Part shown: positions 1-11,617 of the stretch, piece after piece | Numbering within the stretch: position 1 is the stretch's first letter | Layout: each line of letters opens with the position of its first letter | DNA from: Nemertoderma westbladi | Taxonomy: Eukaryota; Animalia; Xenacoelomorpha | NCBI GenBank assembly: GCA_032718475.1 | Contig: JAUCBJ010002258.1 | Span: 1-50,483, forward strand | Direction of reading: 5' to 3' | DNA length: 50,483 nucleotides | Notes under the pieces: model-generated | What the model saw: the letters and a program-made list of their open reading frames with translations, nothing else | The model's database searches: none | Told to the model about the DNA's origin: nothing | Position numbers and translations under genes: made by a program

Positions 1-124
1 AAGATAGCTGACAATATGTGATCCGTTCCAAAATTTGTTCGAAAATTGATAGGGTCGTAGGGTGAGCTAGTTTTATGCACGGGAACTACTGCAGCCTAAG
101 TGTATCAGGGAAAATTACATTTAA

Positions 125-1693
125 CCCTATTAGTACCGGGCTATAAAATGCTGTACAAATACCGGGAGGGGGTCATATTGACCCCCCCCCCCCCCCCCCC
201 CCCTCTAAAATCTACAAATATTTACGAAAACGTCTGATGTTTTGTTTGTACGTAGGTATCACTTGTCTGGATCCGACCGAAAAAAAAATTTTCGAAAAAA
301 TGTACTGGGGTGGTTATATTGCAGCACCAAAACTACAAGTAGTGCACAATTTTCACAAAATTTGAAAGTTACATTTTCGGCTAATTATTTTTCAATACAG
401 GTTTTCTTCTGGGGTGCAAAATACATTGGAAAATATTTAAAAATGATATGATTACTATAAATGGCCGTTTAGTCCTCTCTGCGTAGGAAAAAAAAGAAAA
501 AAAAAAGTAACCAGCACTTTTCAGGTAGAACACAAAATTTTTAATTCACTTATACGATGCTATAAATTCACATTTTCAGGTTTTCGAGGGCGCTGATTCT
601 AATGGAATACATTTCTAATATGCCAGATCATTGATACTTGTATTTTTCGGCGTAATTTGGCAAATTTTGGTGCTAGCACCAAATTTCGTACCCATCACCA
701 AAAAGTACAAGTTTGCGATGTCCAGTGCTGTTTTTATGGATTCCATCGGATTCAGGACTACATAAACCAGTATAACGCAAGAAACAAGGTGATACTATCT
801 ACTGATAAATTTGCATATTTTCCAAAATTTGGTGCTGGCACAACAATTTTCACCCACTGGCGAAAAATACGAGTTTGAGAACTCTTATGAAATTTTTACT
901 GATTCCATTGAATTCAGAACCATCACAAACCCGTATAACGCAAGAAACAAGGTGACACAATCAATTGATATATTTGATGGTTTTCAAAATTTGGTGCTAG
1001 CACCACATTTTGCACCCACATCCGAAAAATACAAGTTTGAGATGTCTAGTTCGATAGTTATTTATTCCATTGAATTCAGAACAGCCATAAACCTCTAAAA
1101 CGCAAGAAATAAATTGTCACAAGCAATTTTATCTATCGAATGAATTTTCAAAATTTCGTGCTAGCACCAAAATTTGCACACAGCACCGAAAAATACAAGT
1201 TTGATACGCTTGGTGCTACTCGTATATATTTCATCGAATCCAGAACCCCGAAAAACCCCAATTGCGTAAAAAACAAGTTTCAAACAATCAATTTACAAAA
1301 TTGACATAATTCAAAATTTGGTGCTGGCACCAAAATTTGGCACCCACCGAAAAAAACAAGTTTGAAATTTCTAAATCAATTTATATGAATTCCATCAAAT
1401 TTCTAACACCAAAAAACCGGTGTAAATCAAAAATAGAGATGTTACAATTCATATTTAATGAAATGTAATTTTCAAAAAACGTCTCAAAAAAAGTGCCAAA
1501 AGTAGGGTTAAAAAATGGTGCTATAACTCGAAAAGTACCCAATATTTTTGAAAACGGTTTTCACTACTAGGAAGACAATAGATTTTTAGGAAAAGTCATA
1601 AAATTTCAGATTCCCAACTGCGTTTGTTTCAGAATTATAATAAAAAAACCACGGGGGGGGGGGTCATATTGAACCCCCCCGGGTTTAATAGGG
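125..1693. mobile_element. Non-autonomous piggyBac-type DNA transposon (MITE)
   Basis: TTAA at 121-124 and 1694-1697; ends CCCTATTAGTACCGGG ... CCGGGTTTAATAGGG are imperfect TIRs starting CCC; GGGGGTCATATTGA(A)CCCCC hairpin near both ends (~168-200, ~1653-1680); no transposase ORF. Confidence 0.85.
660..1440. repeat. ~163-bp degenerate tandem repeat (~5 units) inside the piggyBac MITE
   Basis: AATTTTGGTGCTRGCACC...AAAAATACAAGTTTG recurs at ~668, 830, 992, 1158 and 1320. Confidence 0.8.
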
Positions 1694-1839
1694 TTAATGT
1701 ACTCTCTCACATATTTATTGTTCGAAAATATAGAAAATAAATATATTTTTTGCAACATGATAATACAACAGGTTTATATGACTCAATGAGAAACGAACTA
1801 TATTTTATTTATATTATTTTAATTTGCTTCCTTACACAG

Positions 1840-2047
1840 GATAAGTTCTGCTGTTGTGATGATTGGAAATGATAAAAAGGCATTCAGTGGTCGAAACAAA
1901 AAGTGCTTTCAACTCCCCGATGATTTAGACAAAAAGATCATTATATTCGATTGTTACACTCCTGTTGCCGGAAGATATATCATCATTGAGAAAGAAACTG
2001 GAAATGAAATGAGTTTCTGCGAACTTAAAGTTTGGGGCTATTTCTAA
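1840..2047 (+). CDS. Terminal coding exon of an F-type lectin (fucolectin/FTP-like) domain protein
   Basis: Acceptor TTTGCTTCCTTACACAG|G at 1839/1840; translation ISSAVVMIGND...C...C..PVAGRYIII......MSFCELKVWG* fits the FTP-domain C-terminal GRY(V/I)xI and LCEVxV motifs; AATAAA follows the stop. Upstream exons not found in window. Confidence 0.7.
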
Positions 2048-2526
2048 TAAAGATTAATGACACACTGGAAGGGAGTTAATGTGAATATAATTTTAAAACT
2101 AAACTTCCGACCGACGTGTGCACAATCCGTCTTGACAATCAATTAAAAAAATAAACTAATTATTGTATCTCATGCTATATATACACTATATCATCGTACA
2201 TATCTATATCTATTATCTACATATCTATAAAAGGGAAAGGCCAATGCAATTTATGTAGTTGCAATGGACATTAAGAAAATTTTTTTATATATTGACGAAA
2301 ATACACCATTCTAAATACTGTCCCATGCGCACATCTGGGGACATTAGTTTTTGTATTGTTTTTCTGTAGGCCATACGTTATGTAGTATTCTTGTATAGTT
2401 TTAAGGTTAAAATTAACATACCAAGGAGAACTCGTAGAGCACACCTAAACGGAATTCAGTAAATTGATACAACAAAACAATAAAATAATTTATCAACGTA
2501 TAAGATTAAATGAAACGATTTTCTGT

Positions 2527-4272
2527 GATATTGATATTGATTTATTGAGATCATAATATTAATACTGTAATACAACAATCAAATGGGTTATAACGGTAAG
2601 TATAGCTTAAAATATATTGATACTATAAATAAAATACTGTAGTTGTAGTTATGTTATGGTAGAAAACGGCAAATATGTCTCGTAGGATAGCCCCATGAGG
2701 CATAGCCTCATCTCCCAGGGGGTCCTCTAAAAAATAATGGGATAAGTACGAAATGTGCACATGGATCTACTGCACGTACGATAGCAGATTGCAACATTTC
2801 ATACACCATCAACTAAAAATAATCATTAAAAATAAATATTTGGAATTGCATGCAATGTCACAATTAATTGTAGCCAATGATTGGGTAATTACGTACAAGT
2901 AAAAGGTTGGCAAAATTAAAAATAAGGATAAGTAAAATAAAAGTGGGTTAATTAAGTGGAAATTCTGATGGTGACGGATATTCACAAGGTGCTAGTCAAT
3001 AAGTGCTAGTAAAATTAAACAAATTTAAGTTTAAGTACAACATCGTTTTTTTCCAGTGCAGAGTAGTTTTAAAATATTAAAAATAATAAATTTTCATGTA
3101 TATTTCCGGGCAGATGATATAAAAAGGTTAAGTAGCAGGCATTATTTAAAAAAAAAAGCCGTATTACTAACATTATTTAAAACCAAGATCACTAAAATTA
3201 TTTTAAAAAAAGATTACAAAACACTGGTGCAATATTAGTTATTAAAAAATTATAAAAGCATAGATTATGAACATATTATAGTACGTAGGTCATGCAAGTG
3301 ATGTAAAATAAGAATATCAAATAAAATACGGGAGTTAAATATTAGTAAAATAATTAAACATACAGTACTGTAAATAAGGTACGTCAAATAATTTAGAATT
3401 ACAATCGAAATTCCAATATAAGTTGACATTAAAATATCCTTTACTTTATCACGTCATATACAGTATACACGACAACAAAATATTAAAATTAACTGATATC
3501 AATGTGGTTCATAAAGCGACTGGGTTCATTACGATAGGGAATTTCTGCTTTCATTTCCGAATTCCTCAAGGCTCTCCTATCAAATCTATCTTCTTCAAAA
3601 GTGACCATTTCTGATATATAATCTGGGGCGGAATTACTGTGAGTTTTATACATAAGTGTCAGTATTTGTTGATTAACTCTAACCGGGATTGGAAGCCAGT
3701 TAATTTGTCGGTAGTGTGAGACTTCAATATGGGATCGTGAATCGAGTGATAGGCAGTATCGCACCATCTTACGTTGCAAACATTCTAGTCTTCCTTTCCA
3801 ATGTTTAGATGCAGTGGGAAATCAAATGATACTGCAATAGTCGAGTAAAGGTTGAATCAGCGCGTTGCACAACAGTCGCTTTAGAGTGTAGTCTAGGAGA
3901 GAATTGACTCTGTAGAGGAACTTCAACCGTGAGTTTGCTTTCTTCACTATTTTCGTTATCATGGCTTCGCCATTGAGACTCTCATTGAACCAACAGCCAA
4001 GATATTTTATTTCTTCCTCATTTGGTATTGGAATCCCATTACAAGAAACTGTCAACCGATCACCATAATTAGATAGCCTTTGCCAGGTTCCAAATAATAT
4101 GGCCTTTGTTTTGCCAAAGTGCATGGTCATCCTGTTCTGGATGAACCATTCATTAAGGCTCTCTAGATTGCGTGTTAATATCTGTGATATTGTTGAGATA
4201 TTATCTCCTGAAGCAGCCTCATTTGTATCGTCTGCAAACTTGGGTGAGATGCAATTATCATCGATACTCTGG
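2527..4272 (-). mobile_element. L2/CR1-group LINE copy A, 3' part (RT C-terminus, 3'UTR, tail); pseudogenised
   Basis: ORFs 3822-4130 and 3489-3779 carry KFADD, KTK, KYLG and LDYCS motifs; 3'UTR stem-loop at ~2686-2725; minus-strand AATAAA followed by (TCAATA)n tail at ~2527-2546; premature TGA at 3822. Confidence 0.85.
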
Positions 4273-6744
4273 CAGTGCCGGATTAACCTTAGGCATATAA
4301 GGCACGTGCCTTAGGGCCAGCCGAAAATACGGGCCATTTTTTCTCAGCGAGTCATTCTTGTGAAAAAATATTTTTATCTGAAAAGTCCACATTTTTTCTC
4401 ACTAAAATTTATAGAAAACAGAGCACGAAAGTGCATCTTTCGACTACTTTCTATCCCTAAATTTCTGATATAAAGTGCAAAATTCTAGCTCAGTCGACCG
4501 ATAGGTGCTGTGTTATTAGTTAGAGACCTGATGGCAGGGAAATAATAAAACATGGGCAGTAAAACTTTAAAGTGCTAATTATGAACAATGGAGAATTTAA
4601 TTTTATTTATTTGTGAGGAATTATTTGTAGTTATTGCTCTCAAATAGGGACCTAGATGCAGCCTTAACTGCATTCCTGGCCGCTGTAGTCTGTTTGAGTC
4701 GGGACTTTTTCTGCGCCTCATGAAGCTCATTTCGGCACTTCTGAATTTTGTTGTCAGTCCAGGGGGCCCTTTTCCTGTTTCGAGGCTATACAGGAACTGT
4801 TTCTGCAGCTGCTAACTTAACTGCTTCTGTAAAGGCAGTATAGCCCTCACAGTGATCTGCCGCCTCAGAGGCAAGAGCCTCATACCTGTTGCTCAGCTGT
4901 AGTGTGAAGCTGGATCTCACACTTGGCTTGTTGCAACAGAGAGGACCAGTCATGTCGCGGTTAGGCAGATTTCGTTGTTCTGCTAGCACGCAGACTAAGT
5001 CTTACCTTGGCCACAATAAGGCGGTGATCACTGGAGAAGGGTCGAAGTGTAAATGCATTACAGTCTTGTATAGAGCTCCTGTATTTCCTACGAAACAGAA
5101 TATGGTCTATCTGGGACTTGTGACCACTGGGTCCACTATGAGTCCAGAGCTTTCCAGTTCGCTTCTTGAACTGGGTTCCAGCCGAAAACAATCCATTTCC
5201 AGAGATAAAATCCTGAAGATGGACGGAATTTCGGTTAACACTATTGCTATAGACCCAGGGCGATGTAGGTGCAATGGAGTGGAAATACTGTTCATTTGTA
5301 AATGTATGGCGTGGAGATATGGTAGTGCAAAATTATTATTATTATTTTTTTTTTTTATAAATATAGGCCTTAATAGATAAAAAAAGAAAAAAAAAGGATA
5401 AATTAATTGTAGATAGAATAGTTGGTGATAAAAAAAAGTGTCAGAATTAACTTCTTGACACAAATTTAATTTAACCGAAATTCAGATATTCTGCCCTCGT
5501 GTATTGAATTTTGCATTCGATGGCCTTTTAGGTGCAATTCCTGCAAAACCTAAAAGCATAATTGGGCAGCATAATAGAATTTGGTAAATTAAAATTAGTG
5601 ACAAAAAGTACTTTTTTCCAAGACTGTTATCTTATCGAAGAACATTACTTTCTCAGCAAGTCCAAATCTAGATCAGAAATATTATATCTTTGCACAAAGC
5701 CCACACTTTTGGTGTGTTATATTTCTCAGCAAGTCCTGTAAAGATAAGTAGGCCTACCGTGCAAAACCTACCCTACAGAATATAAATAACACATTCCCAC
5801 GATCCGATCAAAATTGGTAAATGCCTACAGGAGCCTAGTCAGCCTTAAGGGGGCCAACTCTAACCACCACAGAAATGAAATTTTCGAAAATTTGCACAAT
5901 TTTTTTCTATTTTGATAGAAGGGCTTTCATAAGGTGATATCGGTATTCAACATTGAATTATTTTTTGACCTCAAAACTGCTCTTTTCAACAACATAATAT
6001 ATTGCTGATATTTATGACTCTCTGTATACAACAACCTTTTTATCAGTTTGTCGATTTTGACTTTTTTCATCACTAAATTCCCTACTACTATTTTATTTTT
6101 TACTCAATTGCCATCAAACATATACCAAAATGTTCAGCAGCTTTAGGACTACTATCGTTGGTTTTGTAAAACATTGCCATTTGGATCTTCTGGAGCCGAT
6201 TTTGTAACAATTTTTTTTGCACCTAATTTTGAAAAAACCGACCTGCTCAAAAAGTGCCATATTTTTCGAACAAACGGTTTATGAATCTATCTATACTCAG
6301 TTTTCATACTGTAGTATATAAAAGATCACAGATCATTGTGTTAAAGTTTCAGAATAGTAGCTTTATAAATTAAACAAATAGATTTTGGGTAATGCAGTAA
6401 TGGTCCCATTAATATATTAAAAAATTAAAGCTTGAGAAATTCTACCAAAACCATTACACTTTTTATAGCAAAGGTTAATTATATGCCGTTTAGTAATGTT
6501 ACAATTCTTGATGAAAACTATTTTTACAAAGTAGGCCTACTTATTATTAAAGTACTTAGTAGTTATTTGCAGTCAGTCATCCAACGAAAATACTTTATAT
6601 TTCCTTCGCAACATTTTCACAATTTCAGTTGTTTTTAGCAGTTATTTATTTTGAAAGGGTTTGCGGAAAAATATCAATTTTCGGGCCATTTTTGGAAATT
6701 ACTAAAATGTGCCTTAGGGCCACCAGAGGCTTAATCCGGCACTG
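4273..6744. mobile_element. Non-autonomous hAT element inserted in LINE copy A
   Basis: 14-bp TIR CAGTGCCGGATTAA / TTAATCCGGCACTG; 8-bp TSD TACTCTGG at 4265-4272 and 6745-6752; the empty site is visible in LINE copy B (~9403-9410). Confidence 0.93.
4650..5260 (-). pseudogene. RTE-like LINE fragment (APE endonuclease C-terminus and linker) inside the hAT element
   Basis: ORF 4961-5191 KLWTH..P.G.KSQIDHIL...SDHRLIVAKVRLSL and following ORF 4786-4989 (LQLSNRYEAL); boundaries approximate. Confidence 0.75.
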
Positions 6745-6922
6745 TACTCTGGTCAGAATCATTAGTTGTGCACTGGAATAGTAACACTCCCAGCACAGAC
6801 CCCTGTGGCACCCCATCATTTAAACGTTCAGATGAACAGACTCCATCTATAGCAACTACCTGACGTCTGTCAGACAGATATGAACTGAACCATTTCACTG
6901 TCTTCTCGCAAAACCCCATGTA
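6745..6922 (-). mobile_element. L2/CR1-group LINE copy A, continuation (RT GVPQGS region)
   Basis: Near-identical to 9403-9583; WFSSYLSDRRQ..GVPQGSVLG. Confidence 0.88.
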
Positions 6923-7870
6923 CAGTAACGCTTTCAAATAACGTCCTATTGGATCCTAATAGGAACCTAATAGGAAATAAATAACCTTTAGGAAATCACT
7001 TGGAATTTGCCTAATGTAAGTCTACCTAGAGCGGCTAAATATCAAAGCTTAGAAGTGTCTGTCAATCAACCTCCCAGGATAGCTGAATGTAGTAAAGAGA
7101 GCCGCTTTGTCTAGTGGTTGAGTTGTATTTCCCTTCCCCTGACCTATCTTACAACAACGATACTCCCCATAGGCTAATGTTAAATATGCAAAGTACACAC
7201 TACTGGCTGTAACTCAACATCTGGACACATTAACTACCATACGGTAAAGGTATCGCCGCTTGTGTAAAATAGGCCCGCCAACACGTTTAGTGAGCCTCAA
7301 CAAGTAGTTGGGCTGCTAAAGCGTAATCTGATTATATTCGGACGTCAAACTTTTAATAATTTATTAATTAATTAAATTATTGTGCGAACTTTATAGATCT
7401 GGCAATTTTACCATTTCCATGGTATAATAAATATAATTAATATTAATAACAATATGCCAAGAGGTTAAGTTTGTTACAAACCGCCACTAAACTCATAAGG
7501 GTCTGTTAATTCCTGTAGGATGTTATGTCATTTATTTTTCGTAGTGGTAGCGATACGGATTGTGACATGTTGCGGAATCTGCTTGGGGAGTGTAATGTGC
7601 TTTGTGGGTGTAGCAAATATAGCATTCAATATTACATACATTTATTTAGTCGCCCAGTTTTAGCCCCTGTTTAATTATTAATTAAACTAATAAATGAAAA
7701 TAAACTAATATTTATTCTATTAATAATTACACAAACATTACACAAACACAAACTCTTTATTACTCTAAATATGTTCAATAGTAATAAATACACTGTGTGA
7801 TCCTACATTTATTTGTAAGTTCAATACGATTTTAAATTATTCCAGAGCCAAAAGCAGCCCACGGACGTTA
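6923..7870. mobile_element. Tc1/mariner(pogo)-like non-autonomous element with a disrupted right TIR
   Basis: Begins TA|CAGTAACGCTTTCAAATAACGTCC; GGACGTTA (7863-7870) is the inner 8 nt of the expected right TIR, and TACTG|TA (9582-9588) matches its outer end plus TA. Confidence 0.55.
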
Positions 7871-7887
7871 ACTATGTGCGGATGTGT

Positions 7888-10463
7888 GTGCACATGGATC
7901 TACTGCACGTACGATAGCAGATTGCAACATTTCATACACCATCAACTAAAAATAATCATTAAAAATAAATATTTGGAATTGCATGCAATGTCACAATTAA
8001 TTGTAGCCAATGATTGGGTAATTACGTACAAGTAAAAGGTTGGCAAAATTAAAAATAAGGATAAGTAAAAGTAAAATAAAAGTGGGTTAATTAAGTGGAA
8101 ATTCTGATGGTGACGGATATTCACAAGGTGCTAGTCAATAAGTGCTAGTAAAATTAAACAAATTTAAGTTTAAGTACAACATCGTTTTTTTCCAGTGCAG
8201 AGTAGTTTTAAAATATTAAAAATAATAAATTTCCATGTATATTTCCGGGCAGATGATATAAAAAGGTTAAGTAGCAGGCATTATTTAAAAAAAAAGCCGT
8301 ATTACTAACATTATTTAAAACCAAGATCACTAAAATTATTTTAAAAAAAGATTACAAAACACTGGTGCAATATTAGTTATTAAAAAATTATAAAAGCATA
8401 GATTATGAACATATTATAGTACGTAGGTCATGCAAGTCATGTAAAATAAGAATATCAAATAAAATACGGGAGTTAAATATTAGTAAAATAATTAAACATA
8501 CAGTACTGTAAATAAGGTACGTCAAATAATTTAGAATTACAATCGAAATTCCAATATAAGTTGACATTAAAATATCCTTTACTTTATCACGTCATATACA
8601 GTATACACGACAACAAAATATTAAAATTAACTGATATCAATGTGGTTCATAAAGCGACTGGGTTCATTACGATAGGGAATTTCTGCTTTCATTTCCGAAT
8701 TCCTCAAGGCTCTCCTATCAAATCTATCTTCTTCAAAAGTGACCATTTCTGATATATAATCTGGGGCGGAATTACTGTGAGTTTTATACATAAGTGTCAG
8801 TATTTGTTGATTAACTCTATCCGGGATTGGAAGCCAGTTAATTTGTCGGTAGTGTGAGACTTCAATATGGGATCGTGAATCGAGTGATAGGCAGTATCGC
8901 ACCATCTTACGTTGCAAACATTCTAGTCTTCCTTTCCAATGTTTAGATGCAGTGGGAAATCAAATGATACTGCAATAGTCGAGTAAAGGTTGAATCAGCG
9001 CGTTGCACAACAGTCGCTTTAGAGTGTAGTCTAGGAGAGAATTGACTCTGTAGAGGAACTTCAACCGTGAGTTTGCTTTCTTCACTATTTTCGTTATCAT
9101 GGCTTCGCCATTGAGACTCTCATTGAACCAACAGCCAAGATATTTTATTTCTTCCTCATTTGGTATTGGAATCCCATTACAAGAAACTGTCAACCGATCA
9201 CCATAATTAGATAGCCTTTGCCAGGTTCCAAATAATATGGCCTTTGTTTTGCCAAAGTGCATGGTCATCCTGTTCTGGATGAACCATTCATTAAGGCTCT
9301 CTAGATTGCGTGTTAATATCTGTGATATTGTTGAGATATTATCTCCTGAAGCAGCCTCATTTGTATCGTCTGCAAACTTGGGTGAGATGCAATTATCATC
9401 GATACTCTGGTCAGAATCATTAGTTGTGCACTGGAATAGTAACACTCCCAGCACAGACCCCTGTGGCACCCCATCATCATTTAAACGTTCAGATGAACAG
9501 ACTCCATCTATAGCAACTACCTGACGTCTGTCAGACAGATATGAACTGAACCATTTCACTGTCTTCTCGCAAAACCCCATGTACTGTATTTTAGCTTCAT
9601 TAATATAACATTATGATCGATCGAGTCAAATGCTTTCCTTAAATCAATGGTTACCATACCTGTTAGCTGTCCTTTGTCTGCTGCTGTTCTGATAAAATTG
9701 TCCAGAAAGGTGAGGCATGTTTCGGTGGAGTAGCCCTCACGGAATCCCGATTGAAGTTTACACAGTATTTTGCTATCAACCATGTATTTATAGGATTGAT
9801 CATACATAAGTCGTTCTAGAGTTTTTGACAATATTGGTAACAGTGCTACAGGTCTATAGTTTTCCCGTCGTAAAACTGGTCCCTCTTTAAACACTGGTGT
9901 CGTTTTTGACAGTTTTAGACATGTTGGATATGTGGAGCTATCAATAGATAGGTTGGCAATATGAGCTATTGGAGAGGACAGCAATGCAGCACCATCTTTG
10001 AACAACTTAGTTGGTAGACCATCAATACCAGGCGATTTTGTTGTATCAAGTTTGGATAAAATATTATACACATCGGATTCCGATACAGTAGACAGTGTAA
10101 ACGAGTCTAACTTGACACCCTTTTTCCTGTAATATTCCTCTACAGCAGATTCTCCATATCGACCACTTGGGGGTGGTAATTGATCTGCCATTTTCTTTGC
10201 CACTGTCGTGTAATATTCGTTGAACTCTTCTGCTATCTGCTGTTTATCAGTAATAACTACTGTATTTCCTTTACTATACCATTATCTTCAATGATCTTGC
10301 TTATTGCGTTTAGTTTGTTTGAGTTGCTTTTCCGAGATGGTGCACCAATGGATTTTAATGTTTTCCATAATTGTTTTGGATTTGCGCGGTAATTCTCTAT
10401 TGTTGTTTTGATGTATGTATACTTTGATACTCGTATTGCCTGCATTGTTATATGGTACTGCAA
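7888..10463 (-). mobile_element. L2/CR1-group LINE copy B: ORF2 (RT) in broken frames, 5'-truncated
   Basis: ORFs 10257-10463, 9556-10203 (KSPGIDG, NYRPVALLP, QSGFR, DLRKAFD), 8960-9580 (GVPQGS, FADD) and 8627-8917; 7888-9583 duplicates copy A without the hAT insertion. Confidence 0.92.
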
Positions 10464-10575
10464 TATGGTAAACTAAATAGAATGTACATTATTTTGTCAA
10501 TAGATACAATTTTATTTAATTAAATATAAAAGGCACTAAAGAATTAGAAAATAAATAAATTTAAGCTTAAACTTT

Positions 10576-10613
10576 AAGAAAAAAAAAGCTACTGGCTACT
10601 GACTACTGACTAC
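10576..10613 (+). repeat. Short Helitron-end remnant with (CTACTGR)n microsatellite
   Basis: AAGAAAAAAAAAGCTACTGGCTACTGACTACTGAC is close to the reverse complement of the segment at ~37371-37423. Confidence 0.45.
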
Positions 10614-10921
10614 CTCTTATTTGACTCTCATTGGTTCGTTCTGTTGACTCACCTGTCCCTGTTGCGTTGTATTGTTGAAATAAGTACCGGTTTCCTGTCT
10701 AAAGTAGCTGGTTCAGTTAATATCCTGACCGGATACTAAATGTATCACATATCTATTGTACAGTAGAGTTCATGTGTACTACGCTGAAAAAACAAACTAC
10801 CGTTCAAAAGTTTAAATAGCGTTTATGGACAATTCCAAGTGTGGCTTATTCGCCGAGTCGAAGATCAGCGTTTTTCTAAATAATCCGTAACAAATGACCT
10901 GGATCCCGGTTTGCATATTGT

Positions 10922-11159
10922 GGTGTCGTTTCAGTCTATTTTAACATATTATTAACTTAATTTCGCGAATATTTAATGTCGATATGATATTCACCATTTA
11001 AGCAAGGTAGCTTTTAAAGGAAAGTATCCAGTCATAATGGCAGGCTTTTCTAACCAAAACAAAATTGTTGAACACAGTTTAGAGTAAGTACAGTACAATT
11101 TGTAATAATAATACAATATTAATTTAACATTAACCCTATGGGAAGACTGAAACGACACC
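10922..11159. repeat. 16-bp perfect inverted repeat pair, probable decayed MITE
   Basis: GGTGTCGTTTCAGTCT (10922-10937) / AGACTGAAACGACACC (11144-11159); no clear TSD. Confidence 0.5.
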
Positions 11160-11617
11160 CCAATTGGCAATTTACGACCGGGTTACGGTTTTTTCATTAG
11201 TATGAAATTTGATCTCCCTACCCTCACTGCGTCACAACTCCTTAAATGATATAATATCAGCTTAAAAACTAATATAGAGAATTGGTAATAACTGTAAATT
11301 CATTCCTTCCATCGAATCTGGTAACTAATTACAAATATTTATGGCAATTAGTGTTAATTAAGGTGTTTAATTAGGGGATACCCCATTTTTCAATTACTTA
11401 TATCCTAATGTATTTTGCAATAAAACAATGTGGGGTTATCAAAATTTATTTTTTGATTTCTAGGTTAAAAATGGGATATAACAGTAAAATGTTTCATGAT
11501 ACCATAATATTATCCGGGGGAGGGGGGGGGGGGGGTATTTGTTTCGTACCTCAACACTGGGGAAGGTAGTTTGACATACAGTACCTCGTCAGTGGGGGGT
11601 GTAGTAGGACATATTAT

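Noticed and set aside
7090-7335. Possible SINE within the Tc1-like element
   Set aside because: Only an A-box-like TGTCTAGTGG; no B box or TSD found.
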